Assembly (NCBI GenBank): GCA_002633005.1
Contig: NMRA01000296.1
Location: forward strand, 412,399 to 476,398
DNA length: 64,000 nucleotides
Source of the DNA: Phoronis australis
Lineage: Eukaryota > Animalia > Phoronida
Direction of reading: 5' to 3'
Of the stretch, positions 27,910 through 40,548 are shown in pieces. The position numbers were made by a program, and so were the translations under genes. The notes under the pieces are model-generated. The model had not been told where the DNA came from and did no database searches. It was given only the letters and a program-made list of their open reading frames with translations. Position 1 is the stretch's first letter. The number at the start of each line of letters is the position of its first letter.

Positions 27910-28362
27910 AACTTGAATGTTAGGCAAGCTTGAACAAAATTGGGCAAGCTTGAATATGAGGCAAGCTTGAATAATATCAGGCAAGCCTAAATGACATTAA
28001 GCATGAATAATATTAGACAAAATTGAATAATATCAGATAAGTATGAATAATATTAGTTAAGCTTGAATAATATTATGCAGGCTTGAATGATATTAGGCAA
28101 GCTTTAACATTAGGGAAGCTTGAATAATATTAGGTAAGTAAGAATAATATTGGTTAAGCATGAATAGAATTATGCAATCTTGAATAATAGTATCAAAGAT
28201 TGAATATTGGGCAAGATTGAATAATATTAGGCATGAATAATTTTGGTTGAGCTTGAAAAATGTTTGACAAGCGCAATTAATATTGGCCAAGATTGAATAA
28301 TATTAGCCAAGCTTAAATAGTATTGGGTAAGGTTGAATAATATTGCCCAAGCTTGAATAAGA
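27910..28362. repeat. 20-bp minisatellite, ~22 degenerate copies
   Basis: Consensus approximately gcttgaataatattaggcaa, repeated head-to-tail. Confidence 0.92.
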
Positions 28363-31300
28363 TGCACTGTTTAACACTATTAATCTTCCCTGCAGGTTAT
28401 TCAAGCTAAACACAACCTCTCCATGACAGGACTTTATTTCTGGCATCCCTCCGACTTTACAGGACAATTGCGGGCCAAAACAAAAATGCTTAAAAAATCA
28501 GAAGGCTGGCCAGCACGTCCAAATTTTCAATTAAATAGCCTTTTTCCGATACAACAGCAAGATAATGAAATTGATGATGATAGAGTAGTTAGTGGACAGC
28601 CTTCTACACTCTTGTGTATTAGCATTTAACAATGTTGCATAGTGGGATAAACAAACGATTCACACAAAAATGTCAAAGGTCTCAAAATGTCCGTAAAATA
28701 AATGAAATTGTGCTTAGTCTCTGTCAACAAAGCCAGCTTTGCACACGGGAATTACCAGAATTACCGTAGAAGTTGGGTCAAATACAAGAGGTTTCCATGC
28801 AATGGCAATGGTTAAGAGTTGTAAGTTGTATGATTCCTCAATACTCTTACAATTCCAACTGAAATCGATTTTGTTATGGCTAGAAAAAGTCCACTTTGAT
28901 AGATTTGATGCATATTCCTTGAATTTTATGCTTTAATGAATACTGACAAAGGAAAAACAGCAAAACAATTTTAAAAAAACATCAAAATGATAAAAAACAA
29001 CAAAAACGTCTCACCAAAGAAGAACGTCAAGCTTGAAACTACACCACCTACTTCAGAATTGTTTTTCATGCTGACAATATCAAGAGCACAGCAGTATGCC
29101 GTCGCAGAACATTGTCTGAATACAACAGATGTCAGAGATGATCTTGTACATACTCCAGTCAAATGAGTTCTTTATGCAAAACGACTCAAAATATCATTAC
29201 TGCTAGTCGGATTTATTTGAGAAACTGCCCATAATTTGCAGAATGACCTCTACAGTTATCCATTACATAATTGACTATCACAGAAGCACTGGAAATTATG
29301 GTAATTGAACTAAGGAAACAAAAGTAAACACAAATAAACATTTGAACAGGCTCATACAGATCATCAGACTTGTTATTATTTAGATTCTTTCACACCAGAG
29401 ATCTACTATGAAGAATGTTTGAAAATCTTGAGTGGTGTTAAAAATCGGAACCATGGTTGAAAAGCCAGAAGCAGGTGCACGGAACAGCTGATTGAGTAAA
29501 AGTGTGAACATAAACACGATTCACACGGAGCAAGTGACACTGGGGCGGCCAGTTTTTGACACCGGTTTATAGGTAAAGCGAGTTACACTGGATCAGTTGC
29601 TCTAGTTTCAACTATTCACGTCAAAACATAACTGGCGCAGGGTGAAAAGGGATCATCTTTCATGGTATTCCACGTGAGTTGGACATTTCCTATTGTTTAT
29701 GCGAGTATGCGCAGACAGTCTTCATGTAAGGGACTGATGCTGATTCAGTTTGTGATCTAATGTCATGTAAACGTGACTTAAGTGGTGCAAGTCGTGCCGT
29801 GAAACTGACACGGTGATAACTGTCTGTCCTGTAAAAGCGGCCAATGAGTGCACAAAGCCACACTTTGAAACAAGCCAAATAGCATTTTGCCTACAAGAGG
29901 CAATTAGGGGGGGTTCTCATCACCCGAAGAACAAAATTCCCTTGACTGGAGTATTGTGAACATTTGTCTTGGCAAAGGTTTTATGATCATAAAATGAAAC
30001 CTGGTTTGATACAATGTCTTTGTTCACGTATGCCCTGATTTTAAAGTTCATACACAAAATTCCCCCATATAGAGGACGCGAACATCTTCCTTCTAAGGTG
30101 AGCAAAGGCCCTGAGTCAAATTCACACAAACACCCTTATTACTCGGTTAGAAAAAAATAATGCAAGCCCATCATGACTTTTATTTTGACAATAAGTTGGT
30201 GACCAAGAATAATGACATTCAAAAGAAAAAGTGCCCTCAATCCAAACATATCACCAGGTAGGCATTTTAGTAATTTGATAGAACAAGTCCGATAACATTA
30301 CTGAACATAGCTAACATAATAAGCCTGTTTACATGGATGTTTTAATCGCCATTTTGATTACTATTTTAATTGTCATTTTGTTACCGGCTAAAAATGCTGA
30401 GCAAAATGTGACAGCTGCAATAAATCACTTGGGCCACAAATGCAAATACTGGACATGGTTCACAACACGCATGCGCACTCCCTTCGCTGCATTTTCTTTG
30501 GATCACCTGATCACAAAACATGAAGTGTTTTATTTTATTCCGGAAATATGGCCAGAGGGAGGTTGCAAGGTTTGAACCGGTCTCCGTGGGATGCTGAAAT
30601 CCAAGGCATACTCTCGGGGACCAAGAACAATATCATGGCGTACGCTCGCATACAAAAGCGTTTGAATGTAATTTTTGCACGTTACTACGATGTAACCATT
30701 TGCCTGGTCTGGTGGGTCAGGAGCTCTCGCCCAATAGAGTGACCGCACTGTAAAATACCGCAGCAAATCATCATGTTAAGAGTCACAGGTAACCGTAAGT
30801 GTAAAAATAGCAAAGAAAGGGTGCTGTAAAAAAATTCCCATGTAACTGCTGCTAATGCTCAAAGTTGTTATAATCATCGGACTGTTAAAACATTTTTCAT
30901 ATCGAATGGTAAATCTATCAATAAATGCTCAAGTTTACTACAGACACCAGGTGATATTACGATTTCTCAAGGTTTGACAGCAACGAATTCAATCCTGCAT
31001 AATTGGTAAAATAAAGGCAAACGAGTTCATATTCTAATTAGCCAATAAAAATGCATCTAATCAACCATGTACCAGCTACTGTTTGTAATGAGGAAGGTGC
31101 CATGCAAATGAAGGCATATTCATGGCAGATCATTTTTCGAATTAAATCTCGTAAACGGGTTGATCAATAAGCCCATAGGATTATTCGAAGAGTACTCCAG
31201 CTGAATACAAGACAGATTGCAGGCCGCTTAGGGGCGTACAGTGTGAATACATGATGGGATAATGAATGAATATGAGTTGATGAATATGATCTTCAGTAAT

Positions 31301-34300
31301 GCCTGGTTGGGATGAGCAGTGTGGCAATGTTATGTATAGAACAAGCGGGTAGAAAGTCTTACAAATGAAAACACTGTCACCCGTTGGTCAATTTCCCCGG
31401 TGTTGTGCCGGAGAAGGCATCGTGCACAAGTATTCAAGCCAACCCTATGGGAAATTTTCGAAAATAGACCCGTGGGCGGGTATTCGGAAAACGATATTTC
31501 AAAAATTTGAAATGAAACTGAATGTACGCCTAAGCTTATTTTCAGAAAACGAGGAGAGTATTTTTGAAAACTGTATCATTAAAATTGCCCTTCACACTGT
31601 GCTAATATGAAACTTAGTTACCAAGAAAGTCACCAAATATCTTGTTAAATGAGTCATTTGTGCGAAATTGTGATCCCAAATGTAGTGTCCTGTCAAAATA
31701 AACAAAATTTTATGTCAAAACCCATTACATACACATTTCTGAAAAGTCCATCAGATTTTCTAAATCTGCAAACAGTTACCGAAAATATCAGGGCTTGGAA
31801 TGACCAATGACAAAATAATTCCAAGGAAAATTTTCAAGGTGATATATTGTTCCACAAATAAATAGGCTTCTGTGACAGAAATATTTTTTGTGGTGGAAAA
31901 AACTGAAATACACATTTTTGCATCAGTAAAGACAAATTAATGATATCAGAGAGACGAAAAAAGAAGAAACCGCAAATCAAATAAGACGAAATCAAAATCA
32001 AAAAAGAGGAAACCCTCTTTCACGAGGAGAATTCCAAGCCCTGAAACATGCCCACAGGTGTAATTTTGAAAAATTTCCCAAAATACACTTATGGGCGTAC
32101 TTTTGTGTGGGCCTATTTTTGTAAATTCTAGGTACACATGACTTGATTAATTGTTGACTTCCAAGTCATTAATGCAACCTCAGATTTTGTTCGGACGACC
32201 TGGTAAAAATCCCGGCTTGCCATGAAATCACCTAGCTACATCCAAGCACACACTGAAAATATTGCAGATCCAAGTTGGAATCCTTGATGTTATGCTAAGT
32301 GCTGAGTACTGCTTAATGTTGAAAGGTTCTTTACAGGCACCTCACTAATAGCATAAGACATTTCTATGGTCAGCAACAGATTGTAAAGTAAGCTATGTAA
32401 AGTCACTGGGACTCTTCTTTTGACAAATTCAAGACCTTCTGTTGACCAGAAACACATAACCTAGCATTTGTCAAAAGGAGGCCAAAAATTTTACATTTCA
32501 CCCTTCTATGTAGTCAGAGAAGTGTGCACTTTTGGCCCTGCCTGCATAATCGGTCAAAGGAAGCAATGAGCTTATTTGAACCATATGAGCTACCCAGCAG
32601 AGCAGCAGGCTTAATGGAGGAGACTGCTGAGACAATTAGCCACCACCAGAGAGCACTGGCCACAGGAAATAGCAGGTAGGTGCTATGAAAACACAAGGCC
32701 TATGGCCATGGTTACAATAGCAACAGGAGAGAGGATGAATGCTTCCTGCAACCAGTCCTATTTTTGGACTATGGTTGGCCCAGCTGTTACCGCAGCATTC
32801 TTGGTTTCAGTTGGCAACAATGAAGACTGGTAAAACCTATAGTGTGGTAAAATCTTAGCTATAAAAGACACAATATGGCTGACAAGGGAATTTAGTTTTT
32901 AATTTTTAAGTTGCACTAGGTACATGCCAGATGACCTTTAACTTCTACACCACAGTTGTCAGAAAACAATGTTTTGAGAAATTGTCAACACTCACAATGG
33001 TCCTAGAGAGGTCGATGTCAGTCAATATTTTGTCCAAAATCGATTAACTTCTACGTTAACACAAAAACAAACAGGTTCCTGGCCATAACACACACACATA
33101 CTCACAAACCTCCAAATCACACTATGTTTCCATTTTGAGCTAATTTTTCAGGGTACCATTAGCATTTTACATGACATATGGTAATTTGCCATGACTTTCG
33201 CAAAAATATAATTGACAAGTCTGCTTTCCTTGCCGCACATAATATACCCTTGTCCAAATGGTAGCGGGGGTTTTCCGTAGATAAGCCTACCCCACAACTT
33301 CTGGAGTCAAGTGTGCACTAGGCAGATAGTGAAGCCGTTATTCAGAAAATTTCCTTTTATTAAAAGCCCACTGCCAGTCAACTTTTTGTCACAAATTCAG
33401 TTTTATGGAGCATTTATCAATAGTATGTAAAATGGTCACTTATTTAGAGACGTGGTTGGTTGTTAGCAGACGTTTCAACCTGGTCCGCCAGGTCTTTGTC
33501 GATGAATGAGGGATTTCCCGCCTTTCGCTCGTTAAGACCTTTTCCAAATAAATGCCAGGGCGTTTTATCATACGCCTGAAAATTTTCACTTTCCGAATAC
33601 ACGCCCATGGGCTTATCTCAGGAAAATCACGGTAGTTTACGCCACCTCTGCAGTACAAAAGTTGCCAATAAACATACCTCCCATCTTTAATTTTGCTCAA
33701 GAAATGTGACAAAATAAAACCTCCCTTTCCTGCCCTGCTGTGTGCCAAGTGCTTCCAAATACAAACATGTTTCCCTGCTGAATCACGCCAAGCACAAATG
33801 AATACATTAACAAACCACATGACTCATAAGAGCTTGTCCTTCATTTGTCTTATAAAATTTGTGTGTTTTAACTTTTTATTTGCAGCTCCACGAGTATTCT
33901 ATACCTACGCTTCTCTTTTTGTCATCCCGTAGTTTTTTACATTTTCCGCTATAAGTGGGAACGGCAACATGAGTCTAAAGAATATCTCTGTAGACTATTC
34001 TACAAGTGACGAACTTGTAGAAAGAGTGAAAGAAAAGTAACTACAACAAATTTTTAACACACAATCATGACACCTGTTGGCAGAGTTAGTGATAATCTTG
34101 AAAGCAAAATGGATACCACACTGACAACATTCTTAAATAACACAATCTCGGATCTACTTTAGAACATATATTAGTTCTTTTTATATCGAAAGTTTTATAT
34201 AAAATGTGATCAGTAAAAATATTTCAGCTTAGGATGGAATATGGTGGGATTTCAGACCGACACCTTTCTTGAATAAAACTTTGAAGCAATTTGTAGAAGC

Positions 34301-34353
34301 TGAAAAATCAAAAAAATTATATCTGACCCAAATTGAAGATTTTCTACCGTTAA

Positions 34354-35253
34354 AGGGGAAGGCAACCCATTTCATGTTATTTTTAGCAAAAACAAGGTTC
34401 ACTAATTATCCTAGACATGTTTTTCACTTAATTACAGCTTTACGCAACTTAACTAGTAATTCGTCCTCTACTCCGGAAGTGACGTTTTGGGAGGCAAGAA
34501 TTTCGCACCAATTTCTTTTCATATAGTACGAGTGTGACAGCTGTCTAGTCAGTCATTGTTCTACCTCGGTTGTGATAAGTTCAGTCGCCGTTTGCTTTTG
34601 TCAGTCAATATGCCACATTGTTGCTGCGTACCGGGATGAACTCATTATCGCCCGGAGCCTGTAAGCAGCCCTGCTGCGATGTTGATTAGTGGGAGTAAAT
34701 AGAGGCCCAGTAAAAGACCGAGTGAAGAGGACAGTTCGTCGTGCAATGAACAGATCGGTGAGCCAAACATTAATAAGGTCATTGTTTGTGGACTTGTCTA
34801 AAGTATTGGAGCTATTTAGAAGGTGCCAGGTGTGCGGTGAGGGAGTCACACGGCGGGATGTAAGCAGTTTGTGTGCTCAGGTAACCATCCAGTGGGAGTG
34901 TGTCGCAGGACACTCGGGCAAGTGGGACAGTTGTTCCTCTGTCCGTGAGACGATAATGAGTACATCTCGGCACGCAGCAACAGTGTGGCATGTTGACTGA
35001 CTCGTAAACAAAAGCAAACGGCGACCGAACTTATCACAACCAAAGTAGATCGAGCGATGACTGACTCAGCAGCTCTCACAGTTGGTCTATATGAAAAGAA
35101 ATAGGCGCGAAATTCTTGTCTGTCAATACGTCACTTCCGCAGTAGCAGACGAGTAATTTTTTAAATACAAAAAGCTGTAATTAACTGAAAACTATGACTG
35201 AAATAAGTACCGAACCTTATTTTTGCTAAAAATGAAAAAGGTTACCTTCGCCT
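34354..35253. mobile_element. Kolobok-family non-autonomous transposon with ~300-bp TIRs and TTAA target duplication
   Basis: ttaa|aggggaaggcaacc ... ggttaccttcgcct|ttaa; arms 34354-34650 and 34951-35253 are imperfect reverse complements; both arms end in a THAP-like start. Confidence 0.9.
34782..34947 (+). pseudogene. Fragment of a Kolobok-type transposase Cys/His (zinc-binding) region
   Basis: LFVDLSKVLELFRRCQVCG...VTIQWECVAGHSGKWDS resembles the L-x-x-L-F-x-x-C-x-x-C...C-x-x-G-H-x3-W-x-S pattern I recall from Kolobok transposases; lies between the TIRs. Confidence 0.6.
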
Positions 35254-36359
35254 TTAATCAGTTTTCATAATATTTCAAATTATGTATCTTTCACTGGTAT
35301 AGAGTGTTCCCAAATGTGTACTTACTAGCGTCTGTTACTTCCAATGTGTAGTTGAAGTTTCTCAGTGAGTACATGCGTCAGTCACAGTACCGCACTTCAA
35401 TTCTTGATTTTTGCAACGCTACCACGCAATGTCTACATGGATTGAGCTTTACCACTGATTCACACTCTTAGTTAACACCAAAGAGTTGATGCAAATGGGA
35501 AATGGTCTAAGTTATGTCAAAGAAAACAAGACTGAGAGAAAAGACCCTAGTTCAAGGGCGAAAAGACTGGAGGTTGTTTAATACAGCCAAATAAAACATT
35601 TAACTATACCAGGATTCGCCAAGTCTTAGTGGCGTGACACCAAACAAAGCAAGTGATTCTCGCTAGTTTTCACTAGTTTTCATCAGTAAATAGCTGGCAT
35701 AACTGAATATGCCCCACATTCTCTTCATACATCACCACTCAAAAAAAACACAAAACTTGTCAAATACCAGCTTTCCTCCTTGCTAATAGCCGATAAATAA
35801 TAGTTGATGAGCTGTGATGTAGAAGCCAAATTGCTCTTATCAGACAGCAGTCAAATTAAGAGCCAACTGAAACAGTGGCAATGTCCCATTAAAACAGATA
35901 GGCTACTGAAGTCTTCATTTGTTGTCTGTTGGTATGTGGGCTCTTCATCGGTAAGGTAGTCCCGAGTTAATGCATATTTAACCAGATTAAATAGCGTATT
36001 TAATCACGGTGACAATGACACGTGCATGAAATATGGAGTTTTTAGTAGGAAATGGATTATTGTATCTGAAGCAGTCAATGTTAAAGGTGCATTTCCCTCT
36101 CTTTATCTGGATAAAAAAACAAAAATCATATTAGGCCTTTTCCGCTCATGAAATCAGTCTCGTATAATATTTCTTACCAAATCAAACTTCAGGCACTAAA
36201 AAGGGGGGTCGGATCAAGGATTTTTATTAAAAAAGGGGGTCCAAGTCAACAATTTGAAAATTCTAAATTTGATATCACTAAAATCAAGGGAAAAAGGGGA
36301 TCCGGACCCCCTTGACACCCCTGGATCCAATTACGTTGATGGATGTCACAGGCACTTGT

Positions 36360-36722
36360 TTCAATTCCTTCTGCCAACGAAGAACGCAAATGATCACACA
36401 CACTAGAGGCGCAGATTTCATGGTCCGACCTTGCCCAAGATTTGCCAAACAATTCCGACTTCCATCTGTTTACTTTCTGTTGTAATTTAAGCACATTTGA
36501 TGTGTGGGTGGCAAAATGCACTGATTTCACAAAATAAACGGAACAATTATGAACCTAAGTTAATAAGTCTAGGAAAACTTAGTTTGGAAGCCACCACAAA
36601 TTTTTAAACGAATTTCAAGGTAATCATTGTCTGACTTTGATATTGGCAGTGGCGACTCCGTGGTGACTTGGTATTTTTGCCAGGTCACCAAACACAATCT
36701 GAAGTCGCCAAATCGAGCCCTG
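36360..36722. mobile_element. hAT-like element fragment (uninterrupted relative of 18520-21310)
   Basis: Colinear with the split copy; ends cgagccctg (CAGGGCTCG terminus on the minus strand). Confidence 0.65.
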
Positions 36723-39700
36723 AATCAGAAAGTTTCATCCAATCAGTAATTTCTGAGATACCACATTCCAAAGTTAGCCACATTTGAACAAATTTCTATG
36801 TCCTACATATGCTAGGCTAGTATGATTTAAGCATTGTTCTCTGTAACACAGTTAAGAATTGTTATTGACCACTTTTGCATGGACTTTTATGACTTTCTGG
36901 AAAAAACAAAGTTCCATAAAACAAAAACAAAACGATATTTAAAAAATTGCAACAGCGTTTAAATTTGACCATGTTATTGACACGAATGTTTTGCTATCAA
37001 TGTACGTTTCTTCGTTGGTCATGTCACCCCAATCAACAGCAGATTGGTAGCAAGTCAAAAATCAAATACTACAGACCTTCTTCTTTCAGAAAACATGTAC
37101 ATTTACTGAGCCTACCTCTACGTTTACAGATATTTGTCCAAATACTAAACACCCAGAATTGTTAATAAGGTCCTAAATGGCCTAATTACTATCAACATTT
37201 GCACTATAGTCTCTCAGAGGCAGAGCCTGCCACACTGAACAAAATGTCAGCTTTTTTTTCTGCAGTGCTACGTTTTACATCTCTTATCAATTAGGGATGC
37301 GGAAATGGGTTGAGGATAGAATGTTGCGAGGACACATCAGGATTGTAGCCATTGATTGCTTTCCTCTGTCATTTACGCCACCTTAACACACAAAGCAATT
37401 TCCTTCACCGGATGATCACAGTAATGATGCAGAGAAGTATACAGTGCAGAGACGTTCACAAGTTCACAAGCCACGTGATGTTTATTTGCTGACTGTAAAT
37501 GCCTTCGAATGCAGTTTAACTTTGAATTGTTAAACACACAGATTGACGGATCCCGGTACAGTGGAGCCCATTCAATGTCACACCCTCGACTTCTACGTAT
37601 ATTATGATAAAAAGCGTAATATTCCATAGAGCGGGTTCTGACTGGCGGCGATCATAACCACTCTTACAAGCCGATTGTGTTATAAGTATAGAGTCTTAGA
37701 GTAACACAGGTTAACAGGAAATGACAGACTTTTGCCCCCAGCACCGAGTTCCGATCAGGTAAATGAACTGAATATCGAAAAACAAAGGTACGCATTCTAA
37801 CAGGCGGGTTAGAATCCATTTTTTGGATGATTTTTAATGACAATATGTATCTGGAAATAAATCATGACATTATGAGATTATTTTACATTGGCTTAATGGG
37901 AAATAATAATTTTTGACACAAGACAATAACTATTTTATTCTTTTATCCGATACATCAAGTGGACTCCTCTGTATGAACATTAAAAAGACTGCATGTGGTG
38001 ACGAAGAGAGTGTAAAATGGAGGCTTGCGTTTTTAGAGTAGGAGCAACTTGAAAATATGGTGTCCACAGGAGGTGTACAGTTGAGGTTTTGGAGAAACAG
38101 GAAGTGTTCCATGCATAGATGGTATGAAAAAGGGCAACTCCAATGGACAATGTCACTTCCGTTTAAAGGAAAAATACACTGATTGCTCCTCAGAGTCAAT
38201 TCTACAAATCATGTCCCTGCATTGTACTGAAAACATTACAGTGTCTCCCCTTTGCTAGAGTTTAATATGGGAATCAATCGTGCAGTAATTTGGGCACAAC
38301 GATGAGGACAAACACTGCTAAATCAGAAAATTTCAAGGTCCAGAGATGCCCCATGCCATGGCTGAGTCCTGGGAACTTAGACAATGTGTAAGTAACTGGA
38401 AATGCACAACAATTGGTTGCTGTCACAAGTCTAGTTCAAGGTGTACTCACCACAGTGGTCTAGGTACAGGGACAGGCCAACCACAGAAAATCCATGTCAC
38501 AAACACTGAAACAGAAAAGGTAGGAATCAGAGCCCAAGAAATATGCCCACATCTGGCCAACTTCAGATCAGGTTCTTATGAAACTCTCAGGCACTACGCT
38601 TTATGTGCTCAATGTTCTCCAAAACATGTTAGGAATTATTGTTAAAAAGTTTCACTTTTGTACGAGGGGCCACCAAAAATAGGACTTTTACGATTTTCAA
38701 CAAAACTCATTTGTTGCACCAAACGAGAATGTAACTTAGAAAACTGTAATAGGGCTTTAGAGATTTCATATAGAACATTTAAAAACAAAATTTGGTCACG
38801 TTGATACTGTGGTTCTACTACATTTTACTAAAAATAAAAGGTCACACGACCAAATTAATGACATATAGTTAAAAAGTAAAAATAAAATTCTACAGGCTTT
38901 CAACTTTCAGATAATAGCACCTATAGCTAATAGTAGACACATGGCTCAATACACAGACTAAGGTTGCACAATGTTTTCATGTTCCAGTGTATATCAATAG
39001 TGATTAAGAAAAATATCTTATTACCTATGTACCTGAAAGGCCATTCACAGCAAGTGAACTCAGTGAGCAGATTTGCTAGCGCCACCTATATTCTGTTTGG
39101 TGCACTATACCTCTAACAGTAGCGACTCCTATTTACAAGATCAAACATTTTTTATCCTCTCTGATGATGTCTAAGGATACTTTGAGTAAAGCCAACATTA
39201 TCTGTATTGATGCTGTTTGTAAATAAACAGTTTACATCCTCAGCACATGCACTCATCCAAAATCTAGCTCCGGATCAGCTTCTGCTAGCAGCATGCCGCG
39301 AGCTCGACAGAATCAATGTTGCAATGGCAATCGAGAAATACTTAGAACACACATAAAGTAAAATACCTGTTGTCAAAACACTTCAACTGAAGGAAGGTGC
39401 AACTGGCATTACAAAACTCCAGCTAGGTTGATCAACTTTGCATCACAAAATATTTTACTTGGCAGTCAACTGAGCATGGAAGGTATTTAAGTACATATGT
39501 GATTTTATTGTGATAACTTTAATTCTGATTCTATTTCTATTCCTGATTTGACAGTATACAATGGAAACAATTTTATGGGCGTCCTTTTGTGTTGGTACAG
39601 GTGCTGCCCCCTTTTATTCAACTAGCTTAATGCATAAAAGATGCCCACAATGATAAACAACAATGAAATCTCACCAAGTTAGGACACAATATGGCAGACA

Positions 39701-39856
39701 AGTGAATTTTATTTTTATCATTTTTTTCATGGAAGATACATTGCACAAAACTAATGCTTTTCCATATACAAGTTCTGTACCATATCATCAGATAATGTTA
39801 AAAAGAATAAGATCACAATGTTAGAAGCAATTGAAAAATGAAACGAAAAATGGAAG

Positions 39857-40345
39857 TTAAAATGCACCCACTGCACTGCAAGCGGTATGCTTCAAGGGGT
39901 GTTCATGAAAATTGCAAAATGGCGCTGGATTCACCAAAACAACTGGACCCATATGAAAGCCGATGTCAGTAGAGCTCTTGTCAGTGGGAACACTTCTGCC
40001 AATTTTCATGATGATCCTCTGAACAGGAAGACGACAAAAAAGATAAAAACGATAAAAATTACAATTAGGTGGCGCAGAATACGTCGAAACCATACCAAAC
40101 ATAGAAAGCTGCTGTCATCTGCAATACAGATACTTGTTCGCCAAATTTCAAGAAAAAACTGTAGAGGAACTCCGAAGTTACAGTGGCAAATGTAAAAATT
40201 AAAATTGCCACTAGGGACCACAATGGTAGTCAGAACCAGTTAAAAATCGTGGCCAGCCGTTATCACATTGATAAGAAAACACTGGCAAAACACCACAAAG
40301 ATCCTGCAAAGGATTCAGGAGCTACAACCGTGGATGCAAAAAAGC
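39857..40345 (+). repeat. Older fragment of the same HINE internal repeat family
   Basis: tgccaattttcatgatgatcct, aaaattgccactagggaccacaatggtagtcaga and aaagatcctgcaaaggattcaggagctaca match units in 40.6-42.1 kb. Confidence 0.6.
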
Positions 40346-40548
40346 TCACTACTAGCTTCCACATCTGTGCTGCCCCCCTTTGGCGTAGCTGCTAGACAGG
40401 TGACTTCCCCAAACCCTTCCTTAATATGTTTCCGTTTGCCCCTAGGCCCAGTGAAAGTAATGAAGGTTCAAGTAGATCCATTTTGTTAGTGAGACATCCA
40501 ATCCTTTGAAAAGGTATTGCTCAGGTATTTGTTCAAACTGGATAGATT

